DNA of 45,349 nucleotides from NCBI GenBank assembly GCA_038244445.1, contig JBBRTL010000001.1:1-45349 (forward strand). Direction: 5' to 3'. The notes beneath the pieces are model-generated. The model saw only the letters and a list, made by a program, of their open reading frames with translations, was not told where the DNA came from and did not search any database. Shown here in pieces: positions 25,447 to 34,001 of this stretch. Within the stretch, counting starts at the first letter, position 1. Each line of letters starts with the position of its first letter. The translations under genes were made by a program, and so were the position numbers. This stretch comes from Vulcanimicrobiales bacterium. GTDB taxonomy: Bacteria > Vulcanimicrobiota > Vulcanimicrobiia > Vulcanimicrobiales > Vulcanimicrobiaceae.

Positions 25447-26634
25447 CTAGGCGCTCTCTTCGTGTCCGCCGAGCGGAAGTTGTTGCGTGCGGGCGATCCG
25501 CGCGGTCGGCTTCTGAACCGCGTCGAGAGCGGTGATCGCGCGGGCGGTCGTATCGATCACGCCGATCTCCGGCAGATCGTCGTCCGAGAGAGCGGCCTCG
25601 TCCTTGAGCTTGCGGCCCTGCGGCAGTAACCGCGTCTCGTACGAACCGACTGCGCCGTTGAACGACTCGACCGTGCGCTCGAGATTCTTGCGCACGCCGG
25701 TCAGGTGCTCCGCGAACTTCAACGCCCGGTCGTAGAGTTCGCGACCGATCGAAGCGATCCGTTTGGCGTTCTCTTCTTGGCGGACGGCCTGCCAGCCCAT
25801 CGCAAACGAACGTAGCAACGAGATAAGCGCAAGCGGTCCGGTGACCAGCACGCCCTTGTCGAGCGCGTACTCGATCAGCATCGGATTCTCGTTGCAGGCG
25901 GCGCTCAAGAACGATTCGCCGGGCACGAACATGATCACGAAGTCGGCCGAGCCTTCGGCGCTCTGATAGTTGCGCTTCGCAAGCGCGTCGACGTGCTCTT
26001 GGAGCGTCTTGGCGTATTGCTTGACGAGGGCTTTGCGCGTGTCGTCGTCGTGCGCGTCGAGGGCGGTCTGCAGCGCATCGACCGGCGCCTTCGAATCGAC
26101 GAAGACGCGCCGGTCGTCCGGCAGGTTGACGGTCATATCGGGTCGAGCTTTGCCGGACTCGAGCGAGATCGTCTGCTGTTCGGCGAAGTCGCAGTGCATC
26201 TGCATGCCGGCCTTCTCGACCACGTTGCGCAGCTGCATCTCGCCCCACTTGCCGCGCGTCGTCGGATTGCGCAGGGCAGTGACGAGAGTAACGGTCTGGG
26301 TGGTCAAGCTGGTGGTTGCGGTCTCGAGTTTCTCGGTCCGCGTCAGCAGGCTCGAGAGCTGTTCGCGCAGACTTCCCGCATCGGTCGCGCGCAACGTCTC
26401 GAGTTTCGAGACGAGCGCGTTGAACTCGGCGAGCTGTTTGCTGACCGGATCGACCAGGTTGCCGACCTTCTCGCTCGCGCGCGCGGCGGCGGTATCGCCA
26501 AGCTCGTTCTTGGCGCGTTCGACCAGCGCCTCGAGCGCGTGCGTCTGCGCCTGCGAACGCGGTGCGGCGATCGCCCACGCGACGGCGGCCCCGACGATCA
26601 GACCGATCGACAGCGCGACCAGGATCGCGGTCAT
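25447..26634 (-). CDS. rmuC: DNA recombination protein RmuC
   Basis: 395 aa from ATG 26634. N-terminal TM, coiled coil, then ...RNPTTRGKWGEMQLRNVVE...PDMTVNLPDDRRVFVDSKAP...DFVIMFVPGESF.... The ATG overlaps the upstream stop (ATGA). Confidence 0.9.
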   Translation of the reverse strand: MTAILVALSIGLIVGAAVAWAIAAPRSQAQTHALEALVERAKNELGDTAAARASEKVGNLVDPVSKQLAEFNALVSKLETLRATDAGSLREQLSSLLTRTEKLETATTSLTTQTVTLVTALRNPTTRGKWGEMQLRNVVEKAGMQMHCDFAEQQTISLESGKARPDMTVNLPDDRRVFVDSKAPVDALQTALDAHDDDTRKALVKQYAKTLQEHVDALAKRNYQSAEGSADFVIMFVPGESFLSAACNENPMLIEYALDKGVLVTGPLALISLLRSFAMGWQAVRQEENAKRIASIGRELYDRALKFAEHLTGVRKNLERTVESFNGAVGSYETRLLPQGRKLKDEAALSDDDLPEIGVIDTTARAITALDAVQKPTARIARTQQLPLGGHEESA

Positions 26635-27491
26635 GCCGGCGCTCCGACGTATGTGCGGAAGAAGCCGACCGTGCGAACCCAAGCGTCTTCGGCGGCGGAC
26701 GCTACGTACGCGGAGCGCTGATCGTCGAAGAACGCATGTCCGGCTTCGGGATAGATCTTGATGTCGTGCGGGACCGTCAATGCATGCCCGAATGCGAGTA
26801 CGTCTTCCGACGGGATCGAGGTATCGCGGCCACCGTAGCTGCCGCAGATCGGCACGCCGACCTTGACGGGATCGATATCTTCTACGGCCCCGTAGAACGG
26901 CGCGGCGGCGGCGAAGATATCGGCGTTCGCGATCGTCTGTTGCAGCACGAGCGTGCCGCCCATGCAGAACCCGGTTATGCCGATCTTGGCGAGCGGGCGC
27001 GCGACCTGACACCAGAGCGCGGCGGCGCGCAGGTCGCCCGCGACCTTCGCGGGCACGAGCGTTTTTGCGAACGGGCGGAAGATGGAGACGTCGCTCACGC
27101 CGTCGCCCGACGGTTCGTTCCCGCGCGCGTAGAGATCCGGCGCGATCGCGACGTAGCCCAGACGTGCGTAGCGGCGGACGACGTCGCGGATCGAGGTATC
27201 GACGCCCCAGATGTGCATGGTCACGACGATCGCGGGCGTGGTGACGGTCGCGCGCTTGGGCCAGGCCGCGTAGGCGGGCAGTTCGATATCCGGTCGGCGC
27301 AACCTCAGGCGCTGCGTCTGGATCGACGGATCGTTCTCGGCGACCAGCGGCGGATGGGTCGTGCCGAGGTCCGCGCCGGTCGCACGGCCGCCGGCGGCGA
27401 GGCCGGCAGCGGCTGCGGCCGAGAGTCCGACGAAGGTGCGCCGGTCGAAGCCCGGGTTGGTGGAGCGCGTCGGGTCGATCTCGTCTGCCAC
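26631..27491 (-). CDS. Tat-exported dienelactone hydrolase family protein
   Basis: GTG 27491 with GAGGA 7 nt upstream. Twin-arginine signal FDRRTFVGLSAAAAAGLAAG, nucleophile motif GFCMGG, and PEAGHAF near the C-terminus. Confidence 0.85.
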   Translation of the reverse strand: MADEIDPTRSTNPGFDRRTFVGLSAAAAAGLAAGGRATGADLGTTHPPLVAENDPSIQTQRLRLRRPDIELPAYAAWPKRATVTTPAIVVTMHIWGVDTSIRDVVRRYARLGYVAIAPDLYARGNEPSGDGVSDVSIFRPFAKTLVPAKVAGDLRAAALWCQVARPLAKIGITGFCMGGTLVLQQTIANADIFAAAAPFYGAVEDIDPVKVGVPICGSYGGRDTSIPSEDVLAFGHALTVPHDIKIYPEAGHAFFDDQRSAYVASAAEDAWVRTVGFFRTYVGAPA

Positions 27492-27737
27492 AGTAGTGTC
27501 CTCGCCCCTCTCTTCGCGCTTCGAGCGCCCGTTCCGGCAGGTTTGCGGGCGCGATGCCGCGCAGGCCCGCGTATGCGGACAGAACGTCTGACCCTCGTCA
27601 TCGGTCTCGCGTTCGCGGCCGTCGCCGCGCTCGACGATCCGGCGGCATTGCCGGCCGGCCACGATCTGATCGAGAACACCCACGCTAAGAACCGCGCGGT
27701 CTCGTTTCCGTCGCAGCCGGCCTCGTTCTTCTAGCGC

Positions 27738-28727
27738 ATGAAGCTCGTCCCCGGCTTGCTTGCGTGTATCGGCGTCGCGATCGTCGCGACGTTGCTCGGG
27801 CTGCGTTTGCCGGTCGTCGGCGGCGCGGTCTTCGCGATCGCGATCGGCTTGATCATCGGCCTGCTGGTGGCGGCCTTGCGCGCGCCCTCGGCGGCGATGC
27901 AGCCGGGAATCGCGTTTGCGAGCAAAGTTCTGCTGCAGGTCTCGATCGTTCTGCTCGGCGCGAATCTTTCGATCGGACGCGTTATCGCGAGCGGTGCGCG
28001 CTCGTTCCCGGTGACGATCGTCACGCTCGTGCTGGTGCTGGCCGCCGCATACGCCGTCGGCAAGCTGCTCGGCATCGATCGCGATCTGCGCCGTCTGCTC
28101 GGCGTCGGCACCGGCATCTGCGGCGGCTCGGCGATCGCGGCGGTCTCGAGCGCGATCGAGGCGGACGGCGCGGCGATCGCCTATGCGATGTCGGCGATCT
28201 TTCTCTTCAACGTGGTCGCGGTGCTCACGTTTCCGTGGCTCGGCCACTTGATGAACCTCTCGCAGCACGCCTTCGGACTATGGGCGGGCACGGCGATCAA
28301 CGACACCTCCTCGGTGGTCGCGGCGGGCTACGCCTACGGGCACGACGCGGGCGACGAAGCCGTGATCGTCAAGCTTACCCGGACGTTGCTGATCGTGCCG
28401 CTGGTCGGATTCTACGCCTATAAGCGGATCGCGGCGGCACGCGGCGGCGATGCCGTCGATTGGCGCGCGGTCCTGCCATGGTTCGTGCTGTGGTTCGTGC
28501 TGGCCGCGGTGGTCAACGGACTCGGCTGGATCCCCGCGGTCGCGCACCCCGCGCTGCAGACGCTCGCGCTGTTCTGCATCACGGTCGCCCTCGCCGGGGT
28601 CGGACTCTCGGCCGACTACGCCAAGATGCGGAGCGCCGGCTTGCGGCCGCTGCTGCTCGGCTTCATTCTTTGGGTGACCATCGCGGTCTCGAGCCTGGTG
28701 GTCGCTAAGCTCACCGGGATCGGCTAG
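27738..28727 (+). CDS. YeiH/UPF0324-family putative sulfate exporter
   Basis: 329 aa, polytopic. ...LLGVGTGICGGSAIAAVS... and ...WAGTAINDTSSVVAAG... are typical of the family. Confidence 0.85.
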   Translation: MKLVPGLLACIGVAIVATLLGLRLPVVGGAVFAIAIGLIIGLLVAALRAPSAAMQPGIAFASKVLLQVSIVLLGANLSIGRVIASGARSFPVTIVTLVLVLAAAYAVGKLLGIDRDLRRLLGVGTGICGGSAIAAVSSAIEADGAAIAYAMSAIFLFNVVAVLTFPWLGHLMNLSQHAFGLWAGTAINDTSSVVAAGYAYGHDAGDEAVIVKLTRTLLIVPLVGFYAYKRIAAARGGDAVDWRAVLPWFVLWFVLAAVVNGLGWIPAVAHPALQTLALFCITVALAGVGLSADYAKMRSAGLRPLLLGFILWVTIAVSSLVVAKLTGIG

Positions 28728-28861
28728 CCCTGCCCGGTCGCTTGGCTTGCCCCCCAGGTCGTACCTGGCGAGGCGGTGCGGGGGTAGAATGGTGGCCTTG
28801 AGGAACCTCATCCTCTCTAAAATCGCGCACGGTTTCCAGGCGGACGGAGCAACGAGCACAG

Positions 28862-31800
28862 GTGTCGGACACGACGGTCAGCGTCACCCTTCCCGAGATG
28901 GGCGAATCGGTCAGCGAAGGCTCGATCGTCGAGTGGCGTAAGAAGGTCGGCGATTTCGTGGCCGAGGGTGACACGCTGGTCGACGTGACCACCGACAAGG
29001 TCGACGTCGAAGTGCCCGCGACCGCCTCCGGCGTGATCGCCAAGATCCTCGCGGGCGAAGGCCAGACGGTCGCGGTCGGCGCAGCGCTTGCCGAGATCAC
29101 CGTGTCGAGCAATGGCGCCGTCCCCGCGCCGGCAGGGCCGGCCGCGCCGTCGGGACCGCCGCGGTTGGTCGACGTGACGCTGCCCGAGATGGGCGAGTCG
29201 GTGACCGAAGGCTCGATCGTGCAGTTCCGCGTCAAGGCCGGTGACTTCGTGAACGCAGGCGACACGATCGTCGACGTGACGACCGATAAGGTCGACGTCG
29301 AAGTGCCCGCGCCCGAGAGCGGCGTCGTCACCGAGATCAGCGCGAAGGAGGGCGACACGATCGCCGTCGGCACGAAGTTGGCGGTGTTAGATGCGTCCCT
29401 CGACTCTGGTCGCGTTGCTCTCGACGCTCGGGATGACATGGAAAGTAAGGCGGTCGCTGCGGCTCCCGCGGTGACGCAGCAGAGCGTTCCGCAGCGTGCT
29501 TCCGGTGAGGTGGTGGCTTCGCAGCCGGCGCGTCGGATGGCGGGGAAACTGGATATCGATCTCGGGTTCGTACGCGGGAGCGGTCCGAACGGACTGATCT
29601 TGCGTAACGACGTCACGTCGCAGGCTTCGCAGGCGAAGCGCACGCACGGCGCTGCGGCGCAGCCGCAACCGCCGCTGGCGGCCGGCGCGAAGCTTACGAC
29701 GCTCAAGGGTCCGGCGGCAGCGCTTGCGGCCTACATGGAACAGAGCCTGACGATCCCGACCGCGACCTCGTTCCGCACGCTCTCGGTCGACGTGCTCGAC
29801 GCACGTCGCAAAGAACTCAACGGCGCGATCAAAGCGGCCGGACGCGGCGAGAAGATCTCGTTCACCCATATCATCGCGTTCGCGCTCGCGCAAGCGGCCC
29901 GCGAGTTACCGTCTATCACCAACTCGTTCCGGCGCGAGAACGGCCAGCCGACGCGCGTCGAACCGGGCGTACATCTCGGCATCGCGGTCGACACCGAACG
30001 CAAAGACGGCTCGCGCTTCCTGATGGTTCCGGTCATCAAGAACGCCGGCGACCTGGACTTCGTGCAGTTCCGCCTCGAGTACGAAGCCTTGATCGCCAAG
30101 GCGCGCGAGAACAAACTCACCGCCGACGATCTGCAAGGCGCGTCGTTCACGCTCACCAATCCGGGCGGCATCGGCACGGTCGCGTCGGTCCCGCGGCTGA
30201 CGGCCGGCCAGGGCGCGATCATCGCGGTCGGCGCGCTCGGCTATCCGCCGGGCTTCTCGGGTGCGAACGAACAGGCGCTCCGCTCGCTCGGCATCAGCAA
30301 GATCATGCAGATGACGAACACCTACGATCATCGCGTGATCCAAGGCGCGCAGTCGGGCGAGTATCTCCGTCGCGTCGACGATCTCTTGCACGGCAAGGAC
30401 GGCTTCTACGAAAACGTCTTCGCCGCGTTCGGCCTGGAAGCGGCCGCATCGCCGCACGTCGCAACCGCCGCACCGAGCGTCGCCGGTAGTGCGCAAGCCG
30501 CGCCTTCCGATGAGATGCTCCGCGCCGTCGCCGCCGGTATGGCGATCGTCGCGGCCTATCGCACGTACGGCCATCTGGCGGCGAATCTCGATCCGCTCGG
30601 ATCGAAACCGCCGGGCGATCCATCGCTCGAACCGGCGACCTGGGGCCTCACGCCCGCCTTACAGAGCGCGATTCCGGCCTCGGTTCTGCGCGTCAAAGTT
30701 CCGGGCAACACGCTCGCCGAGGTGCTGCCGCGCCTCAAAGAGACGTACGCCTCCACGATCGCCTACGAAGTCGAGCACATCTCCGATACCCAGCAACGCG
30801 AATGGCTGCGCGACCATATCGAAGCGGGTCGCCATCAAGTCGCGCTCTCGCGCGATCGCCAGGTCGAGTTCTTGCAGCGCCTGACGCGCGTCGAAGTGCT
30901 GGAGCGCTTTCTGCGCAAGAACTTCCTCGGCGCCAAGACGTTCTCGGGCGAAGGCCTCGACGTGATGGTTCCGATGCTCGAGGAGACGCTTGAGATGCTC
31001 TCCGCCGAGGGCGTGCAGTGCGCCGTGATCGGCATGGCGCATCGCGGCCGCCTGAACGTGATCGCACACGTCGTCAACAGCCCGTACGAAGAGATCCTCG
31101 GCGAGTTCGAGGCGGCCCACCGTCGCGGCGAAGGTGTCGGCGACGACGACGTGACCGGCGACGTGAAGTACCACCACGGCGCGAGCGGCGTCTATCAACT
31201 CGCCAACGGCAAGACCATCAGGGTCCGGCTCGCGCACAACCCGAGCCACCTCGAAGCGGTCGATCCGGTGGTCGAAGGTCGCGCCCGCGCGCTCCAGACC
31301 GATCATTCCACCGGCGTACCGACGACCGACGTGAAGAAAGCTGCACCGATCCTGATCCACGGCGACGCGGCGTTCACCGGCCAAGGCATCATCTCGGAGG
31401 TCTTGAACCTGCAGTCGCTACCGGGCTACACGACCGGCGGCACCCTGCACGTCATCGCGAACAACCAGATCGGTTTCACGACCGATAGCGGCGACAGTCG
31501 CTCGACGCGCTATGCCTCGGATCTCGCCAAGGGATTCGACGTACCCATCATCCACGTCAACGCCGACGACGTCGACGCCTGCATTTCGGCCGTCCATCTC
31601 GCGATGGAGTTCCGCAAGCAGTTCCAGCGCGACGTGCTGATCGACTTGATCGGCTATCGCCGCCTCGGTCACAACGAACAGGACGAGCCGGCCTACACGC
31701 AACCCTCGATGTACGACAAGATCAAGACGCATCCGAGCGCGCGCGAACTCTTCGCGAACAAGCTGATCGCGCAAGGCATCGTGACGGCCGATCAGTCGAA

Positions 31801-33082
31801 CGAGATGGTCGCGACCGCGACCGCGCGACTGACCGAGGCGCTCAAGCGCGTCAAGGCCGAAGATCAGGCCGGCGCGATCGCCAAGCTGCGCGAGAAGAAG
31901 CTGCCCGAGCCGCCGGCGCTGGCGCCCGTCTCGAAGGCGCAGTTGCTGGAGTGGAGCGAGCGGGTCGTCTCGGTGCCGCCGGACTTCCAGATCAACAAGA
32001 AACTGCAGACCCAGTTCGAGCGTCGCCGAGGCGTGATAGCCGAGAAGAATCTGGCGGACTGGGGCATGAGCGAAGCGCTCGCGTTCGCGTCGTTGGTCAC
32101 GGCCGGCTTCCCGATCCGCCTCACAGGTCAGGATACCGAACGCGGCACGTTCAGCCATCGGCACGCACTGCTCCACGATCCGCGCACCAACGCGGAGTAC
32201 GTGCCGCTACAGCACGTCGGAGAGAAGCAGGCGTCGTTCGAGATCCGGAACAGCCCGCTCTCCGAGTACGCGTGCGTCGGCTTCGAGTACGGCTACTCGG
32301 CCGCGGTGCCGGTCGGCCTCGTGCTCTGGGAAGCCCAGTTCGGCGACTTCGTCAACGGCGCGCAGATCGTCATCGATCAGTTCATCGTCGCGGGTCAGGC
32401 CAAGTGGGGCCAGCTCTCGCGCCTGACGCTCTTGCTCCCGCACGGCTACGAAGGCCAGGGACCGGAGCACTCGAGCGGGCGTCTCGAACGCTTCTTGCAA
32501 CTCGCCGCCGAGGGCAATCTGCGGGTCGCCTATCCGTCGAACGCGGGCAACTACTTCCACCTGTTGCGCCTGCAGGCGAGCACGCCGAACGCGGTGCCGC
32601 TGGTGGTGATGACGCCCAAGTCGCTGCTCCGCTTGGAGACGGCCTCGGGCGATCTCGACGACATGGCGACCGGCACGTTCAAGCCCGTCATCGACGACGC
32701 GCGCGTGGCCGATAAGGCGACGATCGAACGCGTGATCCTGTGCTCGGGCAAGATCTACTACGATCTGGTCGGCTCGGAACTCTACGGCAAGACGAGCAAG
32801 ACCGCGATCGTGCGGATCGAGATGCTCTCGCCGCTTCCGTTCACCGAGATCAACAACGCGATCGCGAGCTATCCGAACGCGAAGAAGCTGATCTGGGTCC
32901 AGGAAGAGCCGAAGAACATGGGTGCCCGCGCCTACGTCCGCCGCCGCCTGCTCGAACACCGCGACGACCGCCTCGACATCGAGTACGTCGGCCGCGGCTA
33001 CCGCGCCTCACCCTCCGAAGGATACGCCGGCGCCCACGCCGTCGAGCAAGAGCGCATCATCGCGCAGGCGTTGACGGAGTAG
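28862..33082 (+). CDS. fused 2-oxoglutarate dehydrogenase: lipoyl x2 + E3-binding domain + E2o-type acyltransferase + E1o (Kgd/OdhA-like but with lipoyl domains)
   Basis: 1406 aa, GTG start. Two lipoyl domains (VTTDKVDVEVPA with K46 and K143), PSBD (ARRMAGKLDIDLGFVRGSGPNGLILRNDV), acyltransferase (…NTYDHRVIQGAQSGEYL), and E1o (AYRTYGHLAANLDPLG, GMAHRGRLNV, HGDAAFTGQG, LLLPHGYEGQGPEHSS). Confidence 0.93.
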   Translation: MSDTTVSVTLPEMGESVSEGSIVEWRKKVGDFVAEGDTLVDVTTDKVDVEVPATASGVIAKILAGEGQTVAVGAALAEITVSSNGAVPAPAGPAAPSGPPRLVDVTLPEMGESVTEGSIVQFRVKAGDFVNAGDTIVDVTTDKVDVEVPAPESGVVTEISAKEGDTIAVGTKLAVLDASLDSGRVALDARDDMESKAVAAAPAVTQQSVPQRASGEVVASQPARRMAGKLDIDLGFVRGSGPNGLILRNDVTSQASQAKRTHGAAAQPQPPLAAGAKLTTLKGPAAALAAYMEQSLTIPTATSFRTLSVDVLDARRKELNGAIKAAGRGEKISFTHIIAFALAQAARELPSITNSFRRENGQPTRVEPGVHLGIAVDTERKDGSRFLMVPVIKNAGDLDFVQFRLEYEALIAKARENKLTADDLQGASFTLTNPGGIGTVASVPRLTAGQGAIIAVGALGYPPGFSGANEQALRSLGISKIMQMTNTYDHRVIQGAQSGEYLRRVDDLLHGKDGFYENVFAAFGLEAAASPHVATAAPSVAGSAQAAPSDEMLRAVAAGMAIVAAYRTYGHLAANLDPLGSKPPGDPSLEPATWGLTPALQSAIPASVLRVKVPGNTLAEVLPRLKETYASTIAYEVEHISDTQQREWLRDHIEAGRHQVALSRDRQVEFLQRLTRVEVLERFLRKNFLGAKTFSGEGLDVMVPMLEETLEMLSAEGVQCAVIGMAHRGRLNVIAHVVNSPYEEILGEFEAAHRRGEGVGDDDVTGDVKYHHGASGVYQLANGKTIRVRLAHNPSHLEAVDPVVEGRARALQTDHSTGVPTTDVKKAAPILIHGDAAFTGQGIISEVLNLQSLPGYTTGGTLHVIANNQIGFTTDSGDSRSTRYASDLAKGFDVPIIHVNADDVDACISAVHLAMEFRKQFQRDVLIDLIGYRRLGHNEQDEPAYTQPSMYDKIKTHPSARELFANKLIAQGIVTADQSNEMVATATARLTEALKRVKAEDQAGAIAKLREKKLPEPPALAPVSKAQLLEWSERVVSVPPDFQINKKLQTQFERRRGVIAEKNLADWGMSEALAFASLVTAGFPIRLTGQDTERGTFSHRHALLHDPRTNAEYVPLQHVGEKQASFEIRNSPLSEYACVGFEYGYSAAVPVGLVLWEAQFGDFVNGAQIVIDQFIVAGQAKWGQLSRLTLLLPHGYEGQGPEHSSGRLERFLQLAAEGNLRVAYPSNAGNYFHLLRLQASTPNAVPLVVMTPKSLLRLETASGDLDDMATGTFKPVIDDARVADKATIERVILCSGKIYYDLVGSELYGKTSKTAIVRIEMLSPLPFTEINNAIASYPNAKKLIWVQEEPKNMGARAYVRRRLLEHRDDRLDIEYVGRGYRASPSEGYAGAHAVEQERIIAQALTE
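28877..29395 (+). repeat. intragenic tandem duplication encoding the two lipoyl domains
   Basis: Copies at about 28877-29104 and 29165-29395. They share long identical runs, e.g. the 24-mer AAGGTCGACGTCGAAGTGCCCGCG at 28997-29020 and 29288-29311, plus CCCGAGATGGGCGA and GAAGGCTCGATCGT in both. Confidence 0.85.
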
Positions 33083-33090
33083 TCGCCTAA

Positions 33091-33114
33091 GCGGGTCGCT
33101 ATGAGGGTGACCCG
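33091..33114 (+). terminator. possible weak terminator hairpin after the oxoglutarate dehydrogenase gene
   Basis: GCGGGTC (33091-33097), 10-nt loop, GACCCGC (33108-33114). There is no U-tract. Confidence 0.25.
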
Positions 33115-33141
33115 CGAGTACGTTCCGCCGGGGGACTTGCA

Positions 33142-33561
33142 GTGAAGCTTTCGTGGTTGAACGTGACGGCCCGAACGGCGCCGCTTGTCTTTGGCGTGAT
33201 GACGGTGGCCGCACTTGTCATCGCCGTACTCTCGTACGTTCGCTACGCGGATCCGCACGGTACGCGCTGGACGGTACTCTGGATCGATCTGCCGTGCATG
33301 GTTCTGATCTTCCTCGGTTTCGATATATCCATGTTCTCGTCGGCGGCTCTCCGACGTGCCGAGCCGGACCGCGCGGGATTGGCGTCGGCCGGCAGACTGG
33401 GCATTATTTTCGCGGTACTCGGTTTCGGCGGTATGCTCGTCCTGCTGGCGCTCGAGTGGAACGCCGATCCCTCGCAGTACGCCGCGCTCGTGACTGCGAC
33501 CGGTCTCGGGTTTTATGTCGCCGCTCTCGGCCACCTCGCGTTGGTCCGTCGTTTTGGATAG
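33142..33561 (+). CDS. hypothetical membrane protein (4 TM)
   Basis: 139 aa, GTG start. Hydrophobic helices APLVFGVMTVAALVIAVLSYV, LWIDLPCMVLIFLGFDISMF, LGIIFAVLGFGGMLVLLAL, ALVTATGLGFYVAALGHLAL. Confidence 0.55.
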   Translation: MKLSWLNVTARTAPLVFGVMTVAALVIAVLSYVRYADPHGTRWTVLWIDLPCMVLIFLGFDISMFSSAALRRAEPDRAGLASAGRLGIIFAVLGFGGMLVLLALEWNADPSQYAALVTATGLGFYVAALGHLALVRRFG

Positions 33562-33940
33562 CGACAAATTCGCCCGCGGCGAGGAGATGATGCGGCTCGT
33601 CGACGGAGACAGAGTGACCGACCATCTGCTCAAGCGGTACGAGGACATCGCTCCGGACTTTGCGCGGTATCTTGTGGAGTTCGTCTTCGGCGAGATCTAT
33701 GCGCGCGAGGGTGATCTCAAGCAGCGCGAGTTGGTAGCGATTTCGTCGCTCGCGACGATGGGCGGGTGCGATCCGCAACTCGAGACGCATGTGAACGGCG
33801 CGTTCAACGTCGGCCTAACCGAAGCCGAGATCGTTGAAGCCGTCATGACCTTAATCCCCTACATCGGCTTTCCGCGTGCGCTGGTAGCAATGCGGATCGT
33901 TAAGCGCGTGGCCGATGCGCGGCGGGAGTCCGCACCGTAG
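33554..33940 (+). CDS. carboxymuconolactone decarboxylase (CMD/AhpD-like) family protein
   Basis: ...APDFARYLVEFVFGEIYAREGDLKQRELVAISSLATMGGCDPQLETHVNGAFNVGLTEAEIVEAVMTLIPYIGFPRAL.... The start is uncertain: TTG 33554, ATG 33515 or ATG 33587. Confidence 0.8.
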   Translation: MDSDKFARGEEMMRLVDGDRVTDHLLKRYEDIAPDFARYLVEFVFGEIYAREGDLKQRELVAISSLATMGGCDPQLETHVNGAFNVGLTEAEIVEAVMTLIPYIGFPRALVAMRIVKRVADARRESAP

Positions 33941-33989
33941 TCCCTGCTTGCATGTCCGAAAACGGCTAGTGTAGTTCGGTTCGGGGGCG

Positions 33990-33995
33990 TATAGT
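33990..33995 (+). promoter_or_regulatory. TATAGT -10-like hexamer 7 nt upstream of the ada-alkA ATG (possible leaderless transcript)
   Basis: TATAGT at 33990-33995 and ATG at 34002. There is no usable Shine-Dalgarno spacing, because GAGG ends 1 nt before the ATG. The -35 is poor. Confidence 0.25.
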
Positions 33996-34001
33996 CGAGG
34001 C

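Noticed and set aside
27492-28268. Upstream extension of the dienelactone hydrolase ORF (545-aa version)
   Set aside because: It runs antisense to the YeiH-type transporter. The hydrolase has a proper Tat signal starting at GTG 27491 with a good Shine-Dalgarno.
28785-28790. TAGAAT as a -10 element for the oxoglutarate dehydrogenase gene
   Set aside because: There is no acceptable -35 at 16-18 nt (TACCTG/GTACCT) and no TG extension, so it is too weak to call from sequence alone.
28711-29706. 331-aa minus-strand Ser/Thr/Ala/Pro-rich ORF
   Set aside because: It is antisense to the lipoyl-domain region of the oxoglutarate dehydrogenase fusion, is low-complexity and has no start context.
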